From assembly GCF_004010195.1 (NCBI RefSeq), contig NC_057720.1:8210615-8273882 (forward strand): a stretch of 63,268 bases of DNA, read 5' to 3'. The notes under the pieces were generated by a model. That model worked only from the letters and a program-made list of their open reading frames with translations, was not told the DNA's origin and made no database searches. Position numbers and translations under genes: made by a program. Shown one piece after another: positions 38,406 through 51,390 of this stretch; the first letter of the stretch is position 1; each line of letters starts with the position of its first letter. This stretch comes from Chiloscyllium plagiosum. Taxonomy: Eukaryota.

Positions 38406-38949
38406 TAACCACATTCATAAGTGTTAACCAAATATGGATATTAATCTCTGCTAATGACACAACTAAACCTGAAGCAATTCTGATTTCAAGTGAAGACACA
38501 TGTATTCCGACATGATGCAGAACCACAACTGGGAGCACATTTACTTCTAGGGGAGATAACCTTAAATGCAAATGTTTCATAATGTATTCTGCAATCCATG
38601 ATATTTTAAATCATTTGAAACTTGGAGAAATCCTTCCAAAGACAGGGTCAACTTATACGCCGAAAGCACAGTGTGATGTAGTCATCATTTTGAGTTGTGA
38701 AAACATTTCTGTTTGACAGACACCATGAGCAGTCTGCTCTGTGTGGATGCTTAGTAAATTCCACATGCATTTTCTTAAAAATATGAGCCACACTGCTTGC
38801 TTGATCCCACACACCGGTATCAAAGACACATAAACATACATTTCTGAGCTGAAACATTGAGACTGACTCTGAAGGTGAGCGTTGCTTCAATGCGCATTTG
38901 TTAGCATAAAAATGGAGGGGGATGGTGAGGTCAACTCATTCAGCTTGGG

Positions 38950-39505
38950 TATGGACAGGGTGAGCAGGGAGCAGCTGTTCTGCTTGGTTGAGAGGTTAGT
39001 CTCAGAGGGCATAGTTTTAGGGTAAAAGGTGGCGACTCAGATGGGATTTGAGACAAAACATTTTCACTCAGCGGTGTTTGGGAAATTGGAATGCACGGCC
39101 TGGGAAGGTAGCGGAGGATGAAAACTTTACAACCTTTAAAAAATATTTGGGTGAACACTTGAAATATCATAACATTGAAGGGACAAGTGCAGAGAATTGC
39201 ACCTTTAGTCGTAGGTGTTACCAGTGCAGACTTGAATGGCCAAAGGGCCTTTTCTGCACTATGTGACCCTATGAATGTGTCAAGCATTGACCAAAATGCA
39301 TTTTGGAGTCTGAATCCAGAGGTTGATTTACACACAGGATGGCTCATACACTGCGATCTATGGCAAATAGCAGCTTTCAAGAAACACCTGGACGAATGCA
39401 TGAAAAGGAAGGGACTCGAGGGACACGGATCCTGTAAGTGAAGACACTTTAATATGGAAGGGCTGGAGGGCCTGTTTCTGTGCTGTATCGTTCTTTGTTC
39501 TGAAT
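38950..39505 (+). mobile_element. Old CR1 3' ends
   Basis: RQNIFTQRCLGNWNARP and AAFKKHLDECM. Confidence 0.65.
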
Positions 39506-40169
39506 TACTGGACAGACTAGACCAGATGGGCAGAATGGCTGATCCTATGGGCCCAGCCTTGTGTGGCTGGTTAAATTTACAAGCTGACTAATGCCAGCTG
39601 GGGGTCGCATGTGTGCCCATTCCCAATATTAAAGCTGCCGGTGGCTAACTTATCCCAGGCTGGTAATCTCGCTATGGTGCAGTTGATTCCGTTTGTGAGA
39701 AGCATCAAATCTTGCAGCTGATGTTTATTTCAGGTGACAAAGGGTTTTCACCCTCCAGGTCTTTGTGTTAGATTAACACGCATTCAACTCCAGAACACCT
39801 GAGGGTGACTTGCGAACGACACCAGTGCTGAATGATATAAATGGATTGCATTCCTACTTTAAGGTAAGAACACACTAATCTTATCTGATTTGTTGCCAGG
39901 CTCAGATCGGTGTGATCCTTGTGTTGGAGCACTGCTGAAGTGAAAAATGAACCTTCTTCAATTGAAATGCCAGGTGATACAGTGTGAGCCAATCTCAGTC
40001 GGATGCCATTTGTTCTTGTTATCCCACAGCTGAGAGAATGGATCAACATGTGAACATCACCTAATGATAGTTGATTGAAACTACGGACTGAAACATCTAA
40101 GCTCCTGAAGAATCTTAACAAGCTGGATGAGGAATGAGTGCTTCCTTCCATTGGTGAATTGAGCACTAT

Positions 40170-42797
40170 AAGACAATAAGATGTAAGAGTAGAAGTAGGC
40201 CATTCAGCCCATCGAGTCCACTTTACCGTTCAGTGAGATGATGGCTGAACTGGTAATATTCAACTCCACTTTTCTGTCTTAACCCCATGACCCTTACTGA
40301 TTAGAAATCTGTCTATCTCAGCCTGAATGACCCAGCCTCGACAACCTTCTGTGATAGAGAATTCCACAGATTCTCTACCCTCTAAGAGAAGAAATTCCTC
40401 CCCATTTCTGTCTTAAATGTGCAACCCTGACTCTGAGATGATACCTTCTGACTTGAGACACTCCCACAAGGTGAAACAAACTTTCTGCATCTGCCCTGTC
40501 AGGTCCTCTAAGAGGCCTTTTATAAAGGTCACCTCTCATTCTTCCATTTTCTAATGAATAAAAGCTCAACTCACTCAACCACTCCTCATAAGGTATCCTA
40601 TCCAGACTTAGGATCAGCCTTGTGAATATTCTTTGGACTGCCTCCAATACCAGTACATCTTTCTGTAGATAAAGGACCAAAACTGTTCAGAGTATTCCAA
40701 CTGTGTTCTGACTAGTGCCTTGTATATTATTCACAAAATCTCACTAATGTTATATTCCACTCCCTTTGAAATAAAGTGTGGTGCTGGAGATGCATAGCAG
40801 TTCAGGCAGCATCCGAGGAGCATAATTTCTAATCTCTGCGTAAAATGGTTGCTCTTTAGGTCCCTTTTATATCTTTCTCTTCTTACCTTAAACCTATGCC
40901 TTCTAGTTCTAGACTCACCCATCCTGACCTTGTCCACTTACCTTGTCCATGCCCTTCGTGATTTTATAAACCTCTATAAGGTCACCCCTCAGCCTCCGAC
41001 GCTCCAGGGAAAACAGCCCCAGCCTATTCAGCCTCTCCCTATAGCTCAAATCCTCCAACCCTGGCAATGTCCTTGTAAATCTTTTCTGAACCCTTTCAAG
41101 TTTCACAGCATCTTTCCAATTGGAGGGTGATCAGAAATATTTGAAAAGTGGACTAACTGATGTCCTATACAGCAACAACAAGACCTCCCAACTCCTATAC
41201 TCGATGCCCTGACCAATAAAGGAAAACGTACCAAACCGATATTCTACACAACAGATTGAGATGTACAACTCTATATTCCCAGTGGGTTGAAACATCTGCC
41301 TCCTCTGCTGAGACCTGAGAGTTGAGGTACATAACCCTTTGAAGTTTATGTCACAGGTAGACAGGGTGGTTAAGAAGACATTTAGTTTGCTTGCCTTCAT
41401 TGCTCAGGCCTGTGAGTACCGGAGTCGGGACATCATGTTGAGGTTGTACACAATCTTATTGAGGACTCTTCTGGAATACTGTGTGCAGTTCTGGTCGCCT
41501 TGTTATACGCAGGATATTATTAAACTGAAGAGAGTTCAGAGAAGATGTGCCAAGGTGTTGGCAGGAATCGAGGGTTTACGATTTAAAAATAGACTGGATA
41601 GGCTGGGACTTTTTTCACTGGAGCATAGGAGGTTGAGGAGTGACCTTATTGAGGTTTATAAAATCATTAAAATAACGAGGGGCATGGATAAGGTGAATGA
41701 CAATGGTCTTTTTTTCCTTGAGTGGTGAAGTGCAAAACTAGAGGGAATATTTTTAAGGTAGAAGTAAAAAAATTTAAAAAGGACATGAGAAGCAATGTTT
41801 TTACATCGAAAGTGGTTAGTGTGTGAAATGAACGGACAGAGAAAGTGGTGGATGCAGCTACAGTTACAATGCTTAAAGGACATTTAGATAAGTTCAATAA
41901 TTGGAAGGTTTGGAGGGATATGGGCAACGTGCAGGTACATAAGTACATAAGAAATAGGCTGTCTCGCCCATCAAACCTGCTCCACCATTCAATAAGATTG
42001 TGAATGATCCTTTTGTGGACTCAGCCCCACTGACCTGCCCAGTCACCATCACCCTTAATTCCTTTACTGTTCAAAAATCTGTCGATCTTTACCTTAAAAA
42101 CAGTCAATGAGGTAGCCTCAACTGCTTCACTGGGCAGGGAAATTCACAGATTGACAGGTGGGACTAGTGTAGTTTGGTCAGCATGGACTGATTGGACCAC
42201 AAGGTCTGTTTCTGTGCCATTTGACTCTATGGCTTCATAAGAATTCCTATAGCTACTTAGGTGAGTGTGAGTGTCTTTTTTGCAACTTGCAAGTAAACCA
42301 TCAATTTCGCAACACCAATGAAGCCCATTTCCATTCACACATGAACAGCCAGCAATGCACAGTCTGATGACACTGTTCCCTCAGTGCCTTCAGAAATACA
42401 GACTCTAACTCAGTCATAAAGTCATAGAGTCATAGAGATATACAACATGGAAACAGACACTTCGGTCCAACCTCTCCATGCTGACCAGATATCCCAACCC
42501 AATCTAGTTCCACCTTCCAGCACCCTGCCCATATCCTTCTAAACCCTTCCTGTTCATATACCCATCCAGATGTTGCAATTGTACCAGCCTCCACCACTTC
42601 CTCTGGCAGCTCATTCCATACATGTACCACCCTCTGCGTGAAAAAGTTGCCCCTTAGGTCTCTTTTATATCTTTCCCCTCTCACCCTAAACGTATGCCTC
42701 TAATTCTGGACTCCCCCACCCCAGGGAAAAAAATCTTTGTCTATTTATGCTATCCATGCCCCTCATGATTTTATAAACCTTTATAAGGTCACCCCCT
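40170..42797. mobile_element. Cluster of CR1 3' fragments in both orientations
   Basis: Minus strand: 40170-40770, 40830-41235, 41940-42150 and 42415-42797. Plus strand: 41315-41935 (LEYCVQFWSP...LGLFSLEHRRL). Confidence 0.85.
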
Positions 42798-44711
42798 CAC
42801 TCTTCATAGAGAGGAGTCCTGAAGGAATTCCCAGACCAACAATAAATGTCTGTTGATAATAGAGGACAACAGCAATCAACAAGACAGAAGTGTCAGGGAG
42901 ACGACAGTATGAAAGCTTCAGTCCAAGTTATTGTGAGCGTTAATGTGACATGACAAAGTGGGAATGGCCAGAATATTGTCGAAGCATAGCAAATTCTGTT
43001 TCACACCAATCAGTCCCCACGGGACAAACAGCTCAGGACCTCTGACCTCCACATACTCATTCTTCTATACACCAATGACTGGTAAGGGCACAGAGTCTGA
43101 ATCACAAATTAATGCCAAGCTGCTACACTTCATTCATGCAAGTTGCCCTTTCACCTCAAAATGCAGAGCAGGCTATTGATTTGCACATCTATTGAGGCCA
43201 CGTCCGCTAATCTCATCAACTGCTGTATGAGTCTATTTTAAGTCCCCATCTGTTAACAGACAGTGAGCAGAAATGACGGTCCAACTGTCGTGACTGACAC
43301 CTTTTCCCAACCTACTTCATCACCCATTAGAACTCAGAAGGCCCTTTGTTGCGACATTATCTTGGAGGGTCTTTGATCATTTCCCTCAGAGAATAAATTT
43401 ATTTCTTGCAGATGAAAGGGAAGAAGAGGGAAAGAAAATCTGGTTTCTTTTCTATCAAAGCCCGCAGGCTTTAATAATAAAAGTTCCAGGTTTTCTCCAG
43501 TTATGGCAGTAGACTCCTGGTTCCACTTTATTAAAATTATTCTGTTCAACAGGCAAGTACAAGCCACTGCAGAGCGTTGTCCCTCTGTGTCGCCCAGCTC
43601 AACAGTGATACAAAGGGGAAAAAAAAACAGTGGATGCATGGCATGAGGGATGAAAGAGGTGAGGAGTTGACTGGGGTGCGGCTGTGCTCTGCACTGTATT
43701 TTAGCCGTGAGTGATTGCTTCAGCCTCCCATAGTGCAGCCACACTCTGCCTTACATTAACCAGTGTCAGCTGTGAAAATCCATTCACAAACAATTATCCC
43801 TCCACCTCGTGCTGTTTTGGGAACTGAATGCTTTCTCTTTGGCAGTTTAACAGAGCGCCAACGTAGGAGAATGGCTTGTGGGGATGTAATGGAGAGAGGG
43901 TTGGGTGGAGTGTGTTGTTTAGGGAGTGGAGGGGAGATGGTGGGGGACACGGGAGTGTGAGTTGTAGGAGAAGTGATCTGCCTAGGGAGGGGGTGGGTAC
44001 TGAGTAGAAGCCCGTCGGGGAAAATGAATCAATACATAAATCACTGGGCTTAGTTCAAGAGAAATGCAAAGAGGAGCAACAATGCCAAGTAATCAGGGGC
44101 TTGTTAAGCTTTTCATTTAGAACATATCATTAATCTGAGGCGTGATAAATCTCACTCCAATCAATTTCACTTGTAATCAAATTTCAAAGGCAAGATGAAG
44201 CCAAGCAAATGTCTATGGACACCTCTGCCACCTTATTGATCTTTACACTGTGTGTCACCATTCCTTTGCCAAATAAATCCAGGCTTGAATCCGGCTCCAG
44301 AAAATGTAAGGGGCAAGGCTGAGTTTTGAAGAAGGGGCACATTGGATTTGAAAGGTTAACTCTTTTTTTTCCTCTCTCCACGGATGCTATCAGACTGCTG
44401 AATCTCTCCTGCAATTTCTGGTTTTGTTTGTGAGGGAGGAGACGTGGCCGGACAGTTCCAGAATGGAAACACCATTACATGGTTGCTCGTGCTAACCTTG
44501 GAAGGTGCTAGACGGCATCTGATTGACTACCTGGAAGCCTGATGGAAAACAGGCCCTCTAAATGGAATGAGTGAGGCAGAGTTCATTGTCCACATGGCAT
44601 AAGGTGCAAAATCAACAGTGCATTCACAAAAACTGCTCAAACCCATCAAAGGGAGGCTTGAACTGTCTGCAGACAGGTCACAGTCATCTATTGACTTTGG
44701 AAGATAGCAGG

Positions 44712-45366
44712 GCAAAAGTGAGGACTGCAGATGCTGGAAACCAGAGTTTAAATCAGAGTGGTGCTAGAAAAGCACAGCAGGTCAGGCAGCATCCGAGGAG
44801 CAGGAAAATCGACGTTTCGGGTAGAAGCCCTTCATCAAGAATAGAGGCAGGAAGCCTCCAGGGTGGAGAGATAAATGGGGANNNNNNNNNNNNNNNNNNN
44901 NNNNNNNNNNNNNNNNNNNNNNNNNNNNNNNNNNNNNNNNNNNNNNNNNNNNNNNNNNNNNNNNNNNNNNNNNNNNNNNNNNNNNNNNNNNNNNNNNNNN
45001 NNNNNNNNNNNNNNNNNNNNNNNNNNNNNNNNNNNNNNNNNNNNNNNNNNNNNNNNNNNNNNNNNNNNNNNNNNNNNNNNNNNNNNNNNNNNNNNNNNNN
45101 NNNNNNNNNNNNNNNNNNNNNNNNNNNNNNNNNNNNNNNNNNNNNNNNNNNNNNNNNNNNNNNNNNNNNNNNNNNNNNNNNNNNNNNNNNNNNNNNNNNN
45201 NNNNNNNNNNNNNNNNCCCCCCACCCCATTTATCTCTCCACCCTGGAGGCTTCCTTCCTCTATTCCTGTTGAAGGGCTTTTGCCCGAAACATCAATTTTC
45301 CTGCTCCCCGGATTCTGCCTGACCTGCTGTGCTTTTCCAGCACCACTCTGATCTAAACTCTGGACA
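44712..45366. mobile_element. Long palindromic PLE family A insertion with an N gap at its centre
   Basis: 44748-44880 is the inverted complement of 45225-45352. Flanked by the direct repeat atagcagg. Confidence 0.85.
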
Positions 45367-45454
45367 ATAGCAGGCAGCCAGTTCCTGTGCAGGACCATGG
45401 GACCATTTCTTCAGGTGGGTTGATGGGACAACTGTTAAAAGGTGGGTGGGCAAG

Positions 45455-46210
45455 TTTTTATTCATTGAGGGGATGTGGGTGTCATTGGTGTTTATTGCCC
45501 ATTCCTAATTACCCAGAGGGCAGTTCAGAGTCAAACACATTGCTGTGAGTCTGGAGTCACAAGAATGGTACCGGGAATGAAAAGCTTAATATATGAGGAA
45601 CATTTGAGGACTTTGGAGATACTTAATGGAGATTAGAAGGATGAGGGAGATCTAATTGAGACATACAAATATTGAATGGCATAGACAGAGTAGATATTGG
45701 GAAGTTGTTTCCATTGGTGGGAGAGACTAGGACCCGAGGGCATAGCCTTAGAGTAAAGGGAAGATCTTATAGAACAGAGATAAGGAGAAACTTCTGCAGC
45801 CAGAGAGTGGTGAATTTATGGGATTCACTGTCACAGAAGGTTGTGGAGACTAGGTCATTGAGTATATTTAAGATGGAGATAAATAGGCTCTTGAGAATCA
45901 AGGGTAATGAGGAGAAAGCAGGAGAATAGGGTTGAAAAACTTATCAGCCATTATTGAATGTACCAGTCTCGATAGGCTGAATGGCCAGGTAAAGATGTCA
46001 ATTTCCTTCCCTAAAGGATGTTAACGATTCACACGGGTTTTTCTTGACAATCAACAATGATTCATGGTCATCATTAGGATCATGTTTCCAGATAGTTATT
46101 ATTGAATTCAAATTTCACCTGCCACAGCAGGATTTGAACTTAGGTCCCCAGAGCAATACTTGGGTCTGTGGTTTAATCGGCTAGTGACAATACCACTAGA
46201 CCATCATCCA
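45455..46210 (-). mobile_element. SINE family E split by a plus-strand CR1 3' fragment (45563-45985)
   Basis: Family E tail and body lie on both sides of ...LFPLVGETRTRGHSL...VVNLWDSL. Confidence 0.75.
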
Positions 46211-46468
46211 CCCTAACTGACATGAAAGTATCTAAAGGCTACCCTTTCTTACCTCTAGATGTTTAATTCCTGACCAGCCTCCCATTCCCTTCACATTATA
46301 AACTCTGCTAACTTGGTCTTATCGTGAACCTGATCTCATTCATCTTTGCTCTCTTAAAGGATCTTTGATCTACATTGCGTACTGGTTAAGAAATGCCTTC
46401 TTCTTAAAATTCTCATTCTTGTTTTCAGAAGACACCATGGCCCCATCATTCCCTCTTGCTGTCAGCTC

Positions 46469-47010
46469 CTCTGTTTGCACAGCTTGGTACGACAACTGCT
46501 CTGCCCAGGACTGGAAGAAACTGCAGAGAGTTGTGAACACACCCGAGTCCAACATGCAAGCAAATTTTCTATCCATTGATTCCATGGCCCCATCATCCAG
46601 AGAATCTGGATGAAACACATGCAGACACGGGAAGAACATACAAACTCCACACAGTCACCTGAGGCGGGAATCAAACACGTGTCCCTGGCGTTGTGAGGCA
46701 GCACTGTTAACCACTGAGCCACCGTGCCACCCTGTTAATGGTCTTGTTAATGTTGTTCTTGCCTCATGCATGTCCTGTGCAGTATAATCTGAATGCTTTA
46801 CTTTGTCCAAGTATTTTTCACCCTATGATCTGTATGTCCTTGCTTACTATGACCTGCCTGTACTGCATGCAAAAAAAAACTTTTCACTCTACTCAGGTAC
46901 ACGTGACAATAAATCAAACCAATCAATGATCTGCCTGTACTGCACGCAAAACAAAACTTCTCACTGTACCTACGTACATGACAATACTAAATCAAATCAA
47001 ATCAAATCGA
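46469..47010 (+). mobile_element. Rex-Babar-like 3' remnants with a duplicated tail and a V-SINE head (46610-46732, minus)
   Basis: TAWYDNCSAQDWKKLQRVV, plus two copies of atctgcctgtactgca...acaat..aaatc. Confidence 0.75.
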
Positions 47011-47454
47011 AAAGTCTCCAACATATTGACACTCATCTAATTCCAGCCTCTTGCACATGTCTCATTTTAATTGTTCGACCATTGGAGTCCAAAGCTCTGG
47101 AATTCTCTCCCTAAAATTTTCTGAAATTCCCCTTAAACCTAACTTTTCGTGATTGACATAATATCTCTTTATGTAGTTTGATATTTAATTTTCCTTTCCA
47201 GTGAAGTGCCGTGTAATGTACAATAACTATAAAAGTTCTGTCTAATTATAATTTGTTGCCATCAAGCCTTTTGTGGTTTCTTGATTCTCACAGTGGGAGT
47301 GGCAGAGCTGAGGAGTGGGGCACTTGGTAGGAGAGAATAGGACCCAAGGGCACTTGACAAGGATGGGCCATTAGGCTGAATGTAGGGCCTTTGCACATCT
47401 CATCAAGGAAATGCCTGGGAATATGGCGGATTCTGGAAATCAGACATTTTATAA

Positions 47455-47551
47455 AAAGGATGCACTGGGGAAACGCAACAGGCCTGACAGCATTTGTGGA
47501 GAGAGATAACAGAGTTAATGTTTCAAGTCCAAAATGACCCTTCCTCAGAAC
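47455..47551 (-). mobile_element. PLE family D solo module with hammerhead-like motif
   Basis: Minus strand 47551-47514 reads gtt CTGAGGA a gggtc attttg gactt GAAA ca TT aac. Confidence 0.75.
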
Positions 47552-47667
47552 TCCCAAGCCCATGCCTTAACATGCCATTTGCAGGACCCTGATTTCTAGA
47601 TGGTTGGTAGGAGTAAATCTCAATGGGCTCAGACTAATGCTCTATGGTGATGCATTAAATCTCATCA

Positions 47668-47850
47668 GACAGAAGTCATACAGCTCCAGATTGTAATCCA
47701 ATGGGTTTATTTGAAATCCCAAGCTTTTGAAGCACTGTCAGGTTCACCTGATGAAGCTTGTGATTTCAAATAAACCTGTTGGACTATAACCTGACGTCAT
47801 GTGACTTCTGACTTTGTCCACCCCAGTCCAACACCAGCACACCCACATCA
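47668..47850. mobile_element. Palindromic PLE family B insertion
   Basis: Inverted gtttatttgaaatc / gatttcaaataaac arms. The central tcacctgatgaagcttgtga lacks stem II. Confidence 0.75.
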
Positions 47851-48034
47851 TAAATCCCATCAAGGCAGCACCAGATGCTTGAATTCAATGAATTATGTTT
47901 GGAGTTGAAAAGGTAACAATTGCTTGAAATTATAATTATTTGCCATTGGTTTGTCGTAATGCCCTCTAGGGGAAATCTACCATCCTTACTTGGACTGGCC
48001 GACACAAGAATGTTTGGTTGACCCCCTTAGGCAA

Positions 48035-50420
48035 TAAGACAATGGAAGAGAGTAAGGCCACTGAGCCCATGGAGTCAGCTCCACCATTCATTGAGATCAT
48101 GTGCGTTCTGATCATCCTCAACTCCACTCTCTTGCCATAATCCTTGCTTCCATCACTGATTAAAAATCTGTCTATCTCAGCCTTGACAATACTTAAGAAT
48201 TCAGTGTTGACAGATTTCTGCAGTTAATTCCACTACTGTCTGAGAGATGGAATTCCTCGTCATTTCTGCCTTAAAAGTGTGATCCCTTAGTCTGAGATGA
48301 TGCCCTCTGGTCCAAACTTTCCCATGGGGGAATCAACCTTTCCACATCAACTTTCCAAATTCCCTAAAAATCTTGTATGTTTCAACAAGATTTCTTCTAA
48401 ACTCCATTGGTGCAGGTCAAACCTATTCAACCCCTCCACATACCTAAATCACTCCATATCCGTAATCAATGTTGTGAACCCTGTATTGCCCAATATTTAA
48501 TTCCTTAGACCAGGAAACTAAAACTGTTCCCCTTACTCTATGTATGATCTGATTAGTGACTTGTAGAGTTTTAGCAAGTCATTCCCATTTTATTACACTC
48601 CATTCCTTTTGAAATACAGGTTATCTGCCCATTTTCCTTCCCTGATACATGTTGAACTTGGAAGCAGCTTTTTTTGTGATTCTTGAAATAGGATTACCAA
48701 ATCCCTCTATGCTACAGGGCAAAAGTGAGGACTGCAGATGCTGGAGATCAGAGTCAAGATTAGAGTGGTGCTGGAAAAGCACAGCAGGTCAGGCAGCAGC
48801 TGAGGAGCAGGAAAATCAGTGTTTCAGGCAAAAGCCCTTCATCAGGAATCCCTCTATGCTACAGCCTTTTGCAGAGTTTCTCCATGCAAAAAATATCCAC
48901 CTCCTGTATTGGTACTGCCAAAGAGTGTAACCAAAGATTTTCCAACATTATTATCCATGTAACATGTTTATGCCCACTCAGAAAACTTGTCTCTAACCCT
49001 CTGTAAGCTCTTTAAGTTAAACTACCCACTCGCCTTCCTATTTATTTTTGTGTTATCTGCAAATATGATGATGGTACTTTTATTTCCGCTATTCAGGTCA
49101 CGAATTTATATTGAAAATAATTGTGTCTCCAGCACTGATCCTGTGTCATTCAATTCATTACAGGTTGCCTTTCTGAAAATGTCCCCTTTATCATAATTTT
49201 CTATTGGTTAGCCAATTAGCATAGATAGGATTGATGGTCAGAATCTTTTTCCAGAGTTGAAATACCTAATAGTAAGAGGCATGCATTTTAGATGAAGGAC
49301 GAAGTTCAAAGGAGATGTGAGGGGCAAGTTTATTTCACAAAGAGTGGTAGGAGTCTGGAACACACTGCCAGAGGAGGTGGTGGAGGCAGATGCTATAGGC
49401 GTATTTAATGGACTTTTAGATAAGCACATGATTATGCAAGGAATGGAGGGATATGGACCAAGGGCAGATGTCATGTTCACTGCAACATCGTGGGCCAAAG
49501 GATCTGTTCCTGTGCTGTGTATTCCATGTTCAGAAACTTTTTCCCCGGGTACAACAGAGTGTTACAAGGGGACATAAATTTAAGGTGAAGGGTGGAAGGT
49601 ATAGGGGAGATGTCAGGGGTAGGTTCTTTACCCAGAGAGTGGTGGGGGCATGGAATGCACTTCCTGTGGGAATGGCAGAGTCAGAATCATTGGCGAACTT
49701 TAAGTGGCAATTGGATAGGTACTTGGATGGGTGCTTAAGCTAGGACAAATGTTCGGCACAACATCGTGGGCCGAAGGGCCTGTTCTGTGCTGTATTGTTC
49801 TATGTTCTATGTTCTATGTTCATATATTGCCCACCAAGTCTGAGCTCTTATCTTCATAAGTATCCTGAGTAGGTATGAAATACCTTTGGAAATCCAAATA
49901 TATATTACATCTACCAATTCCCCTTTAGCTATCCTGCTTAGTACATCCTCAAAGAATGTAGTCAGTTTGTCAGTCATGATTTGCTTTGATGAAGCTATGC
50001 TGACTCTGTACAATTATATTCTGTATTTCTAAAGGCTCTGTTATTACATCCTCTGAAATAGTTACTTACATTTTTCCAATGACAGACTTTAAGCTAACTG
50101 TCCTATAATTATCAGCTTGCTGCCTCCTTCCCTTTCTGAAGATAGGTGTTACATTGGCAGTATTCCAAGCCTCCAGTACTTCCCCACAATCTAAGAGTTC
50201 TTGGAAGATTACTAGATGAGCATTCTCTATCACCATAATGACTTCCTTTAATAACTAAGGATGCATTCTACCAATATCCAGGAAACATGTCAGTCTTTAC
50301 CCCATTTGTTTCTCTCATACATTTTTTTCTCTTGATAATTATTGTATTTATTCCTGTGATCTGAACATTGATGCAAAGCATTTATTCAATTCCTCTAACA
50401 TTTCCTGGTTGCCCATTATT
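48035..50420 (-). mobile_element. Old CR1 ORF2, with nested PLE family A (48718-48846) and two plus-strand CR1 tails (49222-49820)
   Basis: Antisense LTTFFEDVLSRIAKGELVDVIY and GSVL motifs. The PLE has an 18-bp TSD aatccctctatgctacag (48700-48717, 48847-48864). Confidence 0.8.
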
Positions 50421-50424
50421 TTTT

Positions 50425-50760
50425 ATAGAATCCTTGCAGTGCAGAAAAAGGCCATTCAGCCCAATGAGTCTGCACTAACTCTCCAGAGAGCATCCCACCC
50501 ACCCACCCAGCCCCACACCCTCAAAACATCCCCATAACCCCACACCTACCATGGGTAATTCATCTAGCCTGATCATGCCTGCACACTGCAGAGCAATTTA
50601 GCATGGCCAATCCACCTAACCTGCACATCTTTGAACCATGGGAGGAAACCAGAGCATCCGGAGGAAACACAGATGTGGGGAGAATATGTAAATTTCACAC
50701 AGTCACCTGAGGCAGGAAATGAACGCAGGTCCCTGGTGTTGTGAGATAGCAGTGCGAAAC
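50425..50760 (-). mobile_element. V-SINE (HE1-like)
   Basis: Antisense V-domain gcaatttagcatggccaatccacctaacctgcacatcttt. Confidence 0.88.
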
Positions 50761-51063
50761 ATTTTGACACCTTGCCATTCAAAGGAGTTGCTGCTCTGAG
50801 CGTAGTAAATGTTTGGAATGTTTATTGCAGCGCTCTGTCAAGGCTGGGTCATTAAGTGTGTTCAGGCTGAGATAAACGGATTTTCAATCAATAAAGGAAT
50901 TGGGTCAATAAGTCAAACACTGGGGAGTGTGGAGTTGAGGATTATCAAGTTAGTTATCATCTCTTCAAATATATAAGCAGACTTGATAGGTTGAATGGAA
51001 TACTTCTGCTCCTATATCTTGCAGTTTTATGATTTAAATGACTCCATCTCATTATTTGGTGGG

Positions 51064-51150
51064 GTCAGAAGTCATAAGACACCAGGGTTACGATCCAACA
51101 GGTTTATTTGAAATCACAAGCTTTCGGAGCGCTGCTCCTTTGTCAGGTGA
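51064..51150 (-). mobile_element. PLE family B solo module with hammerhead-like motif
   Basis: Minus strand reads tcac CTGACaA a ggagc agc gctcc GAAA gc TT gtga. Stems I and II are perfect; G8 is mutated. Confidence 0.82.
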
Positions 51151-51169
51151 ATATGTGGTGAGAGAACAA

Positions 51170-51390
51170 ACAAGTTCCACTTGGTGTCCAGGCCAATATT
51201 CATTTCTCAGATAACGCTGCTATCTCAGTTTATCTGTTGTCTCCCATGTTGCCAATCATGGGAGCTTGCTGTGCACAAAACTGGCTTCTGGGTTTCCTTC
51301 ATTATGCCACTTTAATTGTACTTAATTGGCTGTAAAATGCTTTGGGACATGCAGAAGATGTGAAAGGTACTTTGTATGTATAAATTCTTC
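51170..51390 (+). mobile_element. DeuSINE-like 3' half
   Basis: ggtgtccaggccaatatt...gggagcttgctgtgcacaaa...aattggctgtaaaatgctttgggac...gtgaaagg. Confidence 0.65.

Noticed and set aside
39734..39863. Possible exon (tttatttcag acceptor ... aag|gtaag donor)
   Set aside because: There are stops in all three frames and no recognisable protein. A non-coding exon cannot be excluded without RNA-seq.
43334..43744. 136-aa minus-strand ORF
   Set aside because: It has no recognisable homology or coding-like composition, so the region is treated as a non-coding candidate.
4074..48846. CRISPR-like or satellite interpretation of the recurring ctggaaaagcacagcagg repeat
   Set aside because: Copies are dispersed, TSD-flanked and attached to PLE RT/GIY-YIG remnants. 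There is no regular spacer array or cas gene, and the context is eukaryotic.
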